From contig JAFZRT010000015.1 in NCBI GenBank assembly GCA_017619735.1, positions 64,357 to 128,356 on the forward strand: a stretch of DNA of 64,000 bases. The letters are read 5' to 3'. The position numbers and the translations under genes were made by a program. This DNA comes from Clostridia bacterium. GTDB lineage: Bacteria > Bacillota > Clostridia > Christensenellales > CAG-138. Of the stretch, positions 26,406 through 35,708 are shown piece by piece. How positions within the stretch are numbered: position 1 is the stretch's first letter; each line of letters starts with the position of its first letter. Under the pieces are notes generated by a model. The model worked only from the letters and a program-made list of their open reading frames with translations, did not search any database and had not been told where the DNA came from.

Positions 26406-27272
26406 ATGGCTGAATTATTGAAGGGAAACGCGGTCGCCGCCGCCATAAACGACAGAACGGCCGCTAAAGTGAACGAGCTCAGGGAGCGCGGGATCTCCCC
26501 CGCCCTCTGTATAATACGCGTCGGCGAAAGACCCGACGATCTTTCCTATGAGCGCGGCGCTGTCAAGCGCGCCGAAGCCGTAGGCGTCGAGGTCAAAAAG
26601 CTCGTGCTCCCGGAGGAAGTGACCGAGGACGAGCTGCTCGCCGTCATAGACCGCGTCAACGGCGACGCGTCCATACACGGCGTGCTGCTGTTCCGTCCCC
26701 TGCCCCGCCACATAAACGAGCAGAGGGTGTGCAACGCGCTTTTGCCCGAGAAGGACATGGACGGCATAACCGACATGAGCTGCGCGGGCGTATACGAGCA
26801 GAAGCCCCTGGGCTATCCGCCCTGCACCGCGCAGGCGGTCATCGAGCTAATGGACCATTACGGGATCGAGCTCTCCGGGAAGAGCGTCGCAGTGATCGGA
26901 AGGAGCCTCGTGATAGGCAAGCCCGTCACGATGATGCTGATAAAGAAGAACGCGACCGTCACCGTCTGCCATACGAGGACTCGGGACGTTGCGGCCGTCA
27001 CGCGGAACGCCGACATTATCGTCGCGGCCGCGGGGAAGGCGGGCATGGTTGACGCCGGCTTCGTTTCGGAGGGCCAGACGGTCATCGACGTCGGCATCAA
27101 CTGGAGCGAGGAAAAGCAGAGGATCGTGGGCGACGTCGAAAGCGATGAGGTCTCCCCCATCGTTTCCGCTCTGACTCCCGTTCCCGGAGGAGTCGGGGGC
27201 GTCACAACGAGCGTGCTCATGAGCCATGTGGCCGACGCCGCGATGAAAGCGGCGGAGCGCGAGGAAAGATAG
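26406..27272 (+). CDS. folD: Bifunctional methylenetetrahydrofolate dehydrogenase / methenyltetrahydrofolate cyclohydrolase
   Basis: MAELLKGNAVAAAI..., VIGRSLVIGKPV and TPVPGGVGGVTT match FolD. The ATG at 26406 is preferred over the GTG at 26391. Confidence 0.9.
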   Translation: MAELLKGNAVAAAINDRTAAKVNELRERGISPALCIIRVGERPDDLSYERGAVKRAEAVGVEVKKLVLPEEVTEDELLAVIDRVNGDASIHGVLLFRPLPRHINEQRVCNALLPEKDMDGITDMSCAGVYEQKPLGYPPCTAQAVIELMDHYGIELSGKSVAVIGRSLVIGKPVTMMLIKKNATVTVCHTRTRDVAAVTRNADIIVAAAGKAGMVDAGFVSEGQTVIDVGINWSEEKQRIVGDVESDEVSPIVSALTPVPGGVGGVTTSVLMSHVADAAMKAAEREER

Positions 27273-27280
27273 TGCATAAC

Positions 27281-27315
27281 GGGGCACGGCGATACGCCGC
27301 GCCCCTTTGATTTTT
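27281..27315 (+). terminator. Intrinsic terminator after folD
   Basis: GGGGCACGGCG pairs with CGCCGCGCCCC (one mismatch) and is followed by TTTGATTTTT. Confidence 0.6.
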
Positions 27316-27353
27316 CGCTGCCGAAGCGATACAGTGATTTTGGGAGGTGCTTT

Positions 27354-29066
27354 ATGAAAAAAACCGTTTCCGCCGTGATCGCATTCCTGCTGATCGTACT
27401 ATGTCTGCCCCTTGGCGCGGCGGCAAGGGTATCGACGTCCACCGTCATCGATACCGACGGCTCCGACGGATATTCAGGAGATTACGTCGTCATTTACAAT
27501 CCCGCGACCGAAGCGTCGAGCTCCATGTCCACCGGCAATATGACCGGCCTCATCGAGACGCAGGTCGGATCGGCCAATGCCGGTTCCGCCGATCCCGATA
27601 TCCCCTATCAGATCGACGTCGACGCCCGCCTGATGGCGCAGGCCATGGAGCAGTCCTTCCCGAAGCCCCCGGAAGCCGAGAAGACCTCCTTCAACGTGGG
27701 CGACACGCATACCTTCATGATACTCAACTATTCCCCCGACGGGATGATGATGGAGTTCAAGGTGCTTGCAAAGGGCGAACACTGCTACGTCTGGACGCCG
27801 ACCTCGACCGCGGCAAACGTGTATCCGCTCGATTCCATAGATCCGGATTTCGCGCAGATGGCGGCGGACATGTTCGACTCCAAGTTTGACCTCATGCAGT
27901 CCTCCTTCGGCGAGCACTCCAACGGCTCGCAGGGCGACGGCAGGCTGAACCTGCTCTACTACAACATCGACGACGGCTGGGAGCCGGGTCAGGGCTATAT
28001 CGGCGGATACTTCTACGCGCTCGACCTGTACATTTCCGGCATGCCGATACTCAATATCGACACCTACCCCGGCGTGCACTACGTTAACGCGGCGGGCGAA
28101 AACATGGACGATATCTCCCGCACGTACAACGTAATCGTGCACGAGTATCAGCACCTCATCAACTTCTCGCAGTGCGGCGCGGCCGACACATGGATCAACG
28201 AGTGCATGAGCGCCGCAGCCGAGGAGATATGCTTCCCCGGGACGAGCGTATACCCGCGCATACAGACCTGGACCGACCATTACTATTCCCAGACGGAGGA
28301 CTGGGCCGATCCTCCCGAGGAGGTCGAATACATACCCGGCTACTCGGTCGAGAACGGCTACTCCATGTACGACTGGTCGAACGATCTGCCCACCGACGAT
28401 CTGCTCGTGCTGTACGCGCAGGTGTCGCTCTATGCGCAGTACCTCTATACGCAGTTCGGGAACACCGTCTTCCACAGCATTATGGATCACATGTCCACGG
28501 GCGACGGATTGACCGCAAACAGCTTCCAGTCGATCTGTCAGGCGGCGACCGGCGTTGATCCCTCGACGCTTACGGAGAACTTCCGCGTCGCACTAACTGC
28601 TAATACCTCCCCCGACGAATACGGCGGGATCTACTCCTTCGCTATGCAGGAGGGCTACGTGCCCGAGGATTATTACGGCGTGCAGAACCTTTACGATCTG
28701 CTCTGCCCCGTTGTGTTCACCGGGTCGAGCTGCGCGATAAAGGGCGGCGGCGCTATATGCGTGAAGCCGGTCGGCGGCGTGTATTACCCCCCGTCCGGCG
28801 CGGCCTCCGGCCTTAAGTACATCGGCGTCAGCAGGAACTGCGGGCCGCACGACTTCCTGCCCGGCGACGTCGACATGAACGGAGTAGTCAACTCCGCAGA
28901 CGCGCTGCTCGCGCTGCGCGCCTCAATGGGTCTCGTAACGCTCACGCCCGCGCAGATCGAACGCGGCGATATGAACGGCGACGGCGAAGTGACCTCCTCC
29001 GACGCGCTCGTGATACTGCGTATGAGCATGTCGCTCGGCAAGAGCGCGCCGCGAATGAAGGAATGA
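27354..29066 (+). CDS. Secreted HExxH zinc-metallopeptidase-like protein with C-terminal type I dockerin
   Basis: Signal peptide MKKTVSAVIAFLLIVLCLPLGAAA. HEYQH at 28140-28154 (VIVHEYQHLINF). C-terminal duplicated calcium-binding repeats GDVDMNGVVNSADALLALR and GDMNGDGEVTSSDALVILR (from about 28863) form a dockerin. The peptidase family is not assigned with confidence. Confidence 0.75.
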   Translation: MKKTVSAVIAFLLIVLCLPLGAAARVSTSTVIDTDGSDGYSGDYVVIYNPATEASSSMSTGNMTGLIETQVGSANAGSADPDIPYQIDVDARLMAQAMEQSFPKPPEAEKTSFNVGDTHTFMILNYSPDGMMMEFKVLAKGEHCYVWTPTSTAANVYPLDSIDPDFAQMAADMFDSKFDLMQSSFGEHSNGSQGDGRLNLLYYNIDDGWEPGQGYIGGYFYALDLYISGMPILNIDTYPGVHYVNAAGENMDDISRTYNVIVHEYQHLINFSQCGAADTWINECMSAAAEEICFPGTSVYPRIQTWTDHYYSQTEDWADPPEEVEYIPGYSVENGYSMYDWSNDLPTDDLLVLYAQVSLYAQYLYTQFGNTVFHSIMDHMSTGDGLTANSFQSICQAATGVDPSTLTENFRVALTANTSPDEYGGIYSFAMQEGYVPEDYYGVQNLYDLLCPVVFTGSSCAIKGGGAICVKPVGGVYYPPSGAASGLKYIGVSRNCGPHDFLPGDVDMNGVVNSADALLALRASMGLVTLTPAQIERGDMNGDGEVTSSDALVILRMSMSLGKSAPRMKE

Positions 29067-29080
29067 TAAAGAACATAACA

Positions 29081-29114
29081 AAACGGCCTTCTGTTGGAGG
29101 CCGTTTCTTTTTTT
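29081..29114. terminator. Bidirectional terminator between the dockerin protein gene and the hut operon
   Basis: AAACGGCCT (29081-29089) pairs with AGGCCGTTT (29098-29106). It is flanked by A-rich sequence on one side and T-rich sequence on the other. Confidence 0.7.
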
Positions 29115-29120
29115 ATTCTG

Positions 29121-29753
29121 TCAGCCCTGGATATCCTTCCAGACGCAGTCGAGGACCGTCATGGTGATCTCGTTTGCGCGCGCGATGAGGCGTCCGCCCT
29201 CCTCCGCGAAGAAAGCGGCCTTCTCCTCGTCCTTGACTCCGCCGAGGTTGATCTTTACGTTCATCCATGCGCCGTGAGCCGCGGTGTGGAGATTGTGTAC
29301 TCCAACGCCGAGGTCGCTTGCGCAGTTGGTGTTGTAATGCCCGGGGAGCGTCAGAGCGAGCTCCAGCGCATCCACGGCGAGCTTCAGCGTCTCAAAGGGG
29401 GCCTCGGTCGCGACGAGAGTGGCTTCGGCTATCGCCTGACGGCGGACGGTCTTCTCCTCATCGGTGGACTTGGGCATCTTGAACGCGGCGGCGACGAGGT
29501 TGTACGCGTCGGTATCCTTGTCGACCTGACGGGTGAGCGCCTCGTAAACGGGGGTGCACTCGTCGATGACATGCTGCGCGATGGGCCATTCCGCCTCATA
29601 GCGGACCTTGCTGGTGGTCTGACCCGCGACCATGGCGACGAGGCCGGCGCCCTGCGCTCCGCAAAGAGCCGCAGCGCTTCCGCCGCCGGGAGCCGGCGCG
29701 TCGGACGCGAGGATATCGAGATAATCGGTAACTGTCATTTCAATAAGCTTCAT
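29121..29753 (-). CDS. Formiminotetrahydrofolate cyclodeaminase (FTCD C-terminal-like)
   Basis: 210 aa. LASDAPAPGGGSAAAL matches the cyclodeaminase/cyclohydrolase family. Its start overlaps the hutI stop (ATGA). Confidence 0.85.
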   Translation of the reverse strand: MKLIEMTVTDYLDILASDAPAPGGGSAAALCGAQGAGLVAMVAGQTTSKVRYEAEWPIAQHVIDECTPVYEALTRQVDKDTDAYNLVAAAFKMPKSTDEEKTVRRQAIAEATLVATEAPFETLKLAVDALELALTLPGHYNTNCASDLGVGVHNLHTAAHGAWMNVKINLGGVKDEEKAAFFAEEGGRLIARANEITMTVLDCVWKDIQG

Positions 29754-30982
29754 TTGACTATTATTCCTTTCCTGATAACGGTTTTTGCTTTGTTGGTGCC
29801 CATCCTGTAAACGAGATAATCAAGATCCTCGGCGTCCCAGATAACGAGATCGGCCTGTTTGCCGGGTTCTACGGTGCCGATGGAATCCCCCCTGTTTATT
29901 GCGCAGGCGGCGTTGAGCGTGACCGCCGCTAGCACCTCTTCCGGGGTCATGCGGTATTTGAGGTAACCGAGATTCATGCACAGCTGCAGATCGTCGGACG
30001 GGCAGGAGCCGGGATTGAAATCCGTGCAGATGGCGACGGGGACGCCCGCCTCTATCATGCGGCGCGCGGGAGCGAACTCCTTGCCCAGATAGAGCGATGT
30101 GCCGGGCAGCAGGCACGCGATGGTGCCGCCCTTCGCCATGGAGGCGATGCCCTTATCGTCGATGGCGATGAGGTGTTCCGCGCTCACGGCGCCTATCTCG
30201 CCCGCGAGGACGGAACCGCCAATCGCGTCTATTTCGTCCGCATGGATCTTGGTCTTGAAGCCGTACGCCGCGCCGTAGGTCAGCATCTTGCGGGACTGCT
30301 CTGTGTCGAAAACGCCGGTCTCGCAGAAGACGTCGACGAATTCGCAGAGCTCCTCGTCGGCAACGAGTGGCAGTATCCGTGTGCAGACGTGCTCGATATA
30401 GCCGTCGGGATCGCCCTTGAACTCGGGCGGTACGGCGTGAGCGGCCATGAAGGTAGGCACGACACTGAAGCCGCCCTCCTCCTTCAGCCGGCGGATCACG
30501 CGGAGCTGCTTCATCTCGTTCTCCGCGTCGAGGCCGTAGCCGGACTTCGCCTCAACGGTAGTGATGCCGTGATCGAGCATCTCGTCGAGTACCTTTTCGG
30601 CTCTCGCATAGAGCTCGTCCTCTGTGGCGCGGCGGGTCGCGGTGAGGGTGTTCAGTATCCCTCCTCCGGCCTGAAGTATCTCGAGATAGCTCGCGCCGCG
30701 GAGCTTCAGGGGGACCTCGTGCTGACGCCAGCCGCCGAATATGAGATGCGTATGCGCGTCAACGAGACCGGCGGTCACGAGCGCGCCGCCCGCGTCGATC
30801 ACGTTCCCGCAGTCGGGGGCGGCGCCGTCCGTATAGACGGACTGTATCGTATCCCCGTTGAGGAGAACGGAACAGCCGCGAATGAGCTCCACCCCGTTAT
30901 GCTGCGCCGCGCCGCAAAGGGGCGAAGACCCCTTCGCGGTCGCGAGCATGCCTATGTTTTTTATGAGAAGCATATCCATCAA
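29750..30982 (-). CDS. hutI: Imidazolonepropionase
   Basis: 410 aa amidohydrolase with GLVDAHTHLIFGG, KIHADE and TDFNPGS. Confidence 0.9.
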   Translation of the reverse strand: MMDMLLIKNIGMLATAKGSSPLCGAAQHNGVELIRGCSVLLNGDTIQSVYTDGAAPDCGNVIDAGGALVTAGLVDAHTHLIFGGWRQHEVPLKLRGASYLEILQAGGGILNTLTATRRATEDELYARAEKVLDEMLDHGITTVEAKSGYGLDAENEMKQLRVIRRLKEEGGFSVVPTFMAAHAVPPEFKGDPDGYIEHVCTRILPLVADEELCEFVDVFCETGVFDTEQSRKMLTYGAAYGFKTKIHADEIDAIGGSVLAGEIGAVSAEHLIAIDDKGIASMAKGGTIACLLPGTSLYLGKEFAPARRMIEAGVPVAICTDFNPGSCPSDDLQLCMNLGYLKYRMTPEEVLAAVTLNAACAINRGDSIGTVEPGKQADLVIWDAEDLDYLVYRMGTNKAKTVIRKGIIVK

Positions 30983-31905
30983 AGCATGTAGTTCTCGATG
31001 ACCTGCTTATCGAAGTCAAAGCCCTCGAGCTGGAGGTAGTACTCTGCGGAATCGATGAGCGCCTTCATCGGGGTAAGACCGATGACCTCGGTGCCGGTGA
31101 CCCAAACGCCCCAGCGCCTCGCCTCGGCCTTGGTGACCTCTACCACGCGGTACAGCGGGGTGCGGTTGAAGTCGGTCATGTTGATGGAGACCTGCGCGTA
31201 CTTCCTTTCGGGAGTGCCCTTTTCGGGATCCGCGGGGATCTCGATGAGGAAGCCGTTGGACTTTACGCAGTCGAAGCCGCCGTTCTTGCGGCGGATGATC
31301 TTCGCGATGGACTTGGCTATTTCGACGTTATCGGTCGAAAGATTGATGTTGAACGCGACGAGGGGCATGCGGCAGCCGACGGCGGTGCAGCCGGCGGTCG
31401 GATGGCAGAAGGCGCCGCCGAAATCGGGGGTCCACATGGGATCCTTGACCTTTTCGGGCATTGCCTCGAACTGGCCCTTCCTGATGTCCGCAAGGTTCAC
31501 GCGATGAGGCGCGGAGGCGGAATCCTCATAGAGGAATACGGGAACTCCTGCTTCCTCCCAGATGCGGCGGCCGAGGGTCTTGGAGTACTCAACGGTCTCC
31601 TCCTTGGTGCAGTCCTTCAGGGGGATGAGCGGACAGACGTCCACGGCGCCCATGCGGGGACGCTCGCCCTTATGGTGGGTGAGGTCGATGAGCTCGGCGG
31701 CCTTCTTCGCAAGCGCGACGGCGGCGTTGATGACGCCCTCGGGATTGCCCATGAAGGTTATGACGCTGCGGTTATGGGAAGCGTCGGAGGAATAGTCGAG
31801 CAGTGTGACGCCGGCGGTGTTCCTGATCTGATCCACGCAGGCCTCAATGACCTCATGGTTCCGGCCCTCGGAAATATTGGGTACGCATTCGATGATCTTT
31901 GCCAT
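30979..31905 (-). CDS. Glutamate formimidoyltransferase
   Basis: N-terminus MAKIIECVPNISEGRN is typical of the FTCD N-terminal transferase domain. 308 aa. Confidence 0.9.
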   Translation of the reverse strand: MAKIIECVPNISEGRNHEVIEACVDQIRNTAGVTLLDYSSDASHNRSVITFMGNPEGVINAAVALAKKAAELIDLTHHKGERPRMGAVDVCPLIPLKDCTKEETVEYSKTLGRRIWEEAGVPVFLYEDSASAPHRVNLADIRKGQFEAMPEKVKDPMWTPDFGGAFCHPTAGCTAVGCRMPLVAFNINLSTDNVEIAKSIAKIIRRKNGGFDCVKSNGFLIEIPADPEKGTPERKYAQVSINMTDFNRTPLYRVVEVTKAEARRWGVWVTGTEVIGLTPMKALIDSAEYYLQLEGFDFDKQVIENYML

Positions 31906-31938
31906 AGTGATTTGATCTCCTTATGTTGAGTTATTTGA

Positions 31939-33954
31939 TCACATGTTTTCGGTCAGCTTCTCGATGAGCGCGTCATCGACAAGATACGGGATGGTGATAT
32001 GGGCGTCGCCCTCATGCTTTTTGTTGTACTCCATGGAGGTCTCGATGGAATGGGGATTCCTTGCCCAGGCGCGGCGCGCAACGCCTCCCATGACGTCCCA
32101 CATCATGGCGGACTTGATGATGCTGTCGATACGCTCGGAGCCGTCCAGCACGAGGCCGAAACCGCCGTTGATGGACTTGCCGATGCCGACGCCGCCGCCG
32201 TTGTGGAGCGCGCAGAGGCTCATGCCGCGGGCCGCGTTGCCCGCGAAGCACTGCACGGCCATATCGGCCATAACATTGGAGCCGTCCTTGATGTTGGCGG
32301 TCTCACGGAAGGGGGAGTCGGTGCCGGATACGTCGTGATGGTCGCGGCCGATCATGACGGGGCCGATCTTGCCCTCGCGCACCATCTGGTTGAAGCGGAG
32401 CGCTATCCTCGTGCGGCCTTCGGCGTCCTGATAGAGTATTCTCGCCTGAGTGCCGACGACGAGCTTGTTCTTTTCGGCGTCGCGGATCCAGTTGTAGTTG
32501 TCCCTGTCCTGGAAGCGGCGCTCGGGATCGATGCAGTCCATTGCGGCGTGGTCGGTGGCGATTAGGTCGGACTCCTTACCGGAGAGGCAGACCCAGCGGA
32601 ACAGGCCGTAGCCGTAGTCAAAGAGCATCGGGCCCATGATATCCTCCACGTAGGAAGGGAATATGAAGCCGTCCTTCTCGTCGCGGCCGTTCTTGGAGAT
32701 CTCCTTGACGCCGGCGTCGTAAACGGCCTTCATGAAGGAGTTGCCGTAATCGAAGAAGTAGGTCCCGGCCTGCTTCAGCGCGCAGATAGCGTCGAAGTGA
32801 CGCCTGAGCGACGCGTTGACGGCCTTTTTGAAGGCCTCGCGGTCGGTGTGGAGCAGCTGAGTCCTCTGCTCGAAGGTGTAGCCGACCGGGCAGTAGCCGC
32901 CGTTATACACGTTATGGCAGGAGGTCTGGTCGGAGAGCAGGTCGATCTTGAAGCCGCGCTTGACGGCCGCCTCAAGAAGATCGACTATGTTGCCGTGATA
33001 TGCTATGGAGATGGTCGTGCCGTTCTTCCTGTGCTCCTCGGCAAGGGCGAACACCTCGTCGAGATCGTCGAGTATGACGTTGACCCAGCCCTGATCGAAG
33101 CGGGTCTCGATGCGGCTGCGGTCGACCTCGGCGAAGATGCCGACGGCGTTTGCGATATTGGCCGCCTTGGGCTGAGCGCCGCTCATGCCGCCGAGACCGG
33201 ACGATACGAACACGCGGCCGGTGAGGTCGCCGGATTCGGGTATGCCGAGATACTTGCGGCCTGCGCCGAGTATGGTGTTGAACGTGCCGTGAACGATGCC
33301 CTGCGGGCCGATGTACATCCAGCCGCCCGCGGTCATCTGACCGTAGTTGGCGACGCCCATCTCCTCCGCGACTTCCCAATCCTCCAGATTATCGAACATG
33401 CCGACCATCATGGAGTTGGTGAGTATTGCGCGGGGCGCTTCGGGCTTGGAGGGGAAGAGACCGACGGGATGACCGCTCTCGAGAACAAGGGTCTGATGGT
33501 CGGTGAGCTCCTCCAGATACTTCTTTATGAGGCGGTACTGGAGCCAGTTCTGACAGGGCTGGCCGGTCTCACCGTAGGTAACGAGCTCATAGGGATAGAG
33601 CGCGATCTCGAAATCGAGGTTGTTGTCGATCATTACCTGGAACGCCTTGCCCTCGATGCACTTGCCCTTGTACTCGTCGATGGGCTTGCCCCAGATGCGT
33701 CCTTCGGGACGGTAGCGGTATGCGTAGATGCGTCCGCGGGTCTTCAGCTCCTCCAGAAACTCGGGAGCGAGCTTTTCATGGAGCTCCTCGGGCACGTACC
33801 TTAACGCGTTGCGGAGAGCGAGCTGCGTCTGCGCTTTGGTGAGGCGGAAGCCCCTGTCGGGAGCGCGGCGCTTGCCCTCTTCGAATTTGGGATACTCGGG
33901 CAGGACCGCGTCGAGCTTGATGGTCATTGCCCCTGCGATGCTTTTGTTTTCCAT
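31939..33954 (-). CDS. hutU: Urocanate hydratase (long form)
   Basis: 671 aa with conserved urocanase blocks (GGMSGAQP, HGNIVDL, GYGLFRWVC). Confidence 0.95.
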   Translation of the reverse strand: MENKSIAGAMTIKLDAVLPEYPKFEEGKRRAPDRGFRLTKAQTQLALRNALRYVPEELHEKLAPEFLEELKTRGRIYAYRYRPEGRIWGKPIDEYKGKCIEGKAFQVMIDNNLDFEIALYPYELVTYGETGQPCQNWLQYRLIKKYLEELTDHQTLVLESGHPVGLFPSKPEAPRAILTNSMMVGMFDNLEDWEVAEEMGVANYGQMTAGGWMYIGPQGIVHGTFNTILGAGRKYLGIPESGDLTGRVFVSSGLGGMSGAQPKAANIANAVGIFAEVDRSRIETRFDQGWVNVILDDLDEVFALAEEHRKNGTTISIAYHGNIVDLLEAAVKRGFKIDLLSDQTSCHNVYNGGYCPVGYTFEQRTQLLHTDREAFKKAVNASLRRHFDAICALKQAGTYFFDYGNSFMKAVYDAGVKEISKNGRDEKDGFIFPSYVEDIMGPMLFDYGYGLFRWVCLSGKESDLIATDHAAMDCIDPERRFQDRDNYNWIRDAEKNKLVVGTQARILYQDAEGRTRIALRFNQMVREGKIGPVMIGRDHHDVSGTDSPFRETANIKDGSNVMADMAVQCFAGNAARGMSLCALHNGGGVGIGKSINGGFGLVLDGSERIDSIIKSAMMWDVMGGVARRAWARNPHSIETSMEYNKKHEGDAHITIPYLVDDALIEKLTENM

Positions 33955-33987
33955 GGCATTGTTCCTTTCCGATATGATCGATCTTAA

Positions 33988-35523
33988 TTATTTCAGTTCG
34001 CCGACTATTCTCTCGGCGGCGGGGACTATCGCGTTGGCCTTAATGAGTTCGTCCGCTGCCTTGAGGTTCGGATACATGACGACGTCGGTCTCGATGGGCG
34101 CGATCCTCGTTTCGAGGAGGTCGTAAACGGCCTTGGTCGCGGGGGCCATATGTCCCCTGCCCTCCTCGCTCCTGAGCCAGAGCGCCTGATGCGCTGTGAC
34201 GAGCTCTATGCCGATGACCTTCTGCGCGTTGTCCAGTATCATGCGCGCCTTCCTCGCGGCGGTGGTGCCCATGGAGACGTGATCCTCCTGATTTGCGGAG
34301 GAGGGTATGGAATCGACGCTCGCAGGGTGGGCGTATACCTTGTTTTCGGAGACCATGGAGGCCGCCGAATACTGCGCGATCATGAAGCCGGAGTTGACTC
34401 CGCCGTGCTTGGTGAGGAACGCGGGGAGCCCGAAGGAGAGCGCGGGATTGACCATGCGCTCGGTACGCCTCTCCGAGACGTTGGCGAGCTCCGAAACTGC
34501 GATGCCCAGGAAGTCGAACGCCAGAGCCATGGGCTGACCGTGGAAGTTGCCGCCGGAGATGACCTCGTCCTCATCGGGGAATATGATGGGGTTGTCGGTC
34601 ACGGCGTTGATCTCACGGGAGACGGCCTCGGCGACGTATCTTATCGCGTCGCGGCTCGCGCCGTGGATCTGGGGGACGCACCTTATTACGTAGGCGTCCT
34701 GCACCTTGTCGGGCTGAGTGCGCTTGGCGAGCTCGCTGCCCTCAAGGAGCTTCAATAGGTTCTCCGCGACGTCCTTCTGGCCCTGATGGCCGCGGACGTC
34801 GTGCACCTTGTGGTCGTAGGCGGCCTTGATGCCGAGCTGCGCTTCGCAGGTCATGGCCGCGGCGATATCCGCGGTCTTCATGAGGTCAAGCGCGTCGATG
34901 GTCGCAAGGGCGCCGACGGCTGTCATTATCTGCGTGCCGTTGATGAGAGCAAGGCCCTCCTTTGCTGCGAGCTCTATTACGGGGATGCCGGCTTTTTCCA
35001 TGGCCTCACGCCCGCTCATGCGGACGCCCATGTATTCGGCCTCGCCCTCGCCGAGCATGACGAGCACCATATGCGAAAGGGGCGCAAGGTCGCCGCTGGC
35101 GCCGAGGGAGCCCTTTTCCGGGATTATGGGATGCACGCCCGCGTTGAGCATGTTGAGCAGAGTCTCTATTGTGGAAAGCCGGATGCCGCTGTGGCCCCTC
35201 GAAAGGGCGTTGCAGCGGAGCAGCATCGCGGCCCTGACGGCCTCCGTGGGCAGGGGTTCGCCCATGCCGCAGGAATGGGAGATAATGAGGTTCCTCTGCA
35301 GCTGCGCCGTCTCATCCGCGGGGATGAACGTATCGGAGAACTTGCCGAAGCCGGTGGTGAGGCCGTAAATGACCGCGCCTTCTTCGAGCTTCTTTTCAAC
35401 ATAGGCCCTCGCCTTGTTGACCGCCGCCTTCGCCTCATCGGACATGACGACCTTTTCACGGCCGCGGGCTACCGCGGCGACCTGCCGAAGCGTCAGGGAT
35501 CTTCCGTCGATTACTACTGCCAT
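33988..35523 (-). CDS. hutH: Histidine ammonia-lyase
   Basis: I moved the start to MAVVIDGRSLTL (ATG 35523). The MIO-forming motif GSLGASGDLAPLSHM is present. Confidence 0.95.
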   Translation of the reverse strand: MAVVIDGRSLTLRQVAAVARGREKVVMSDEAKAAVNKARAYVEKKLEEGAVIYGLTTGFGKFSDTFIPADETAQLQRNLIISHSCGMGEPLPTEAVRAAMLLRCNALSRGHSGIRLSTIETLLNMLNAGVHPIIPEKGSLGASGDLAPLSHMVLVMLGEGEAEYMGVRMSGREAMEKAGIPVIELAAKEGLALINGTQIMTAVGALATIDALDLMKTADIAAAMTCEAQLGIKAAYDHKVHDVRGHQGQKDVAENLLKLLEGSELAKRTQPDKVQDAYVIRCVPQIHGASRDAIRYVAEAVSREINAVTDNPIIFPDEDEVISGGNFHGQPMALAFDFLGIAVSELANVSERRTERMVNPALSFGLPAFLTKHGGVNSGFMIAQYSAASMVSENKVYAHPASVDSIPSSANQEDHVSMGTTAARKARMILDNAQKVIGIELVTAHQALWLRSEEGRGHMAPATKAVYDLLETRIAPIETDVVMYPNLKAADELIKANAIVPAAERIVGELK

Positions 35524-35568
35524 ACGTAAAAATCCTTCTTCCTTATGTTTTTTAGGATCAACCGATTT

Positions 35569-35597
35569 ATTATATCGCACTTGGGTAAAAAGGTCAA
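35569..35597 (-). promoter_or_regulatory. Sigma-A-type promoter candidate for the hut operon
   Basis: Minus strand reads TTGACC (35597-35592), 17 nt, TATAAT (35574-35569). Confidence 0.45.
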
Positions 35598-35708
35598 GCG
35601 CCGGGGCGGTATATTGCGCCGCGTCAAGGCCGGCGCGAGCCCCTTCGGAGCGTCATATAAGCATGTGCGTGTACATATGGTTATATGAGAAAAATCAAGG
35701 AGGCGGAA

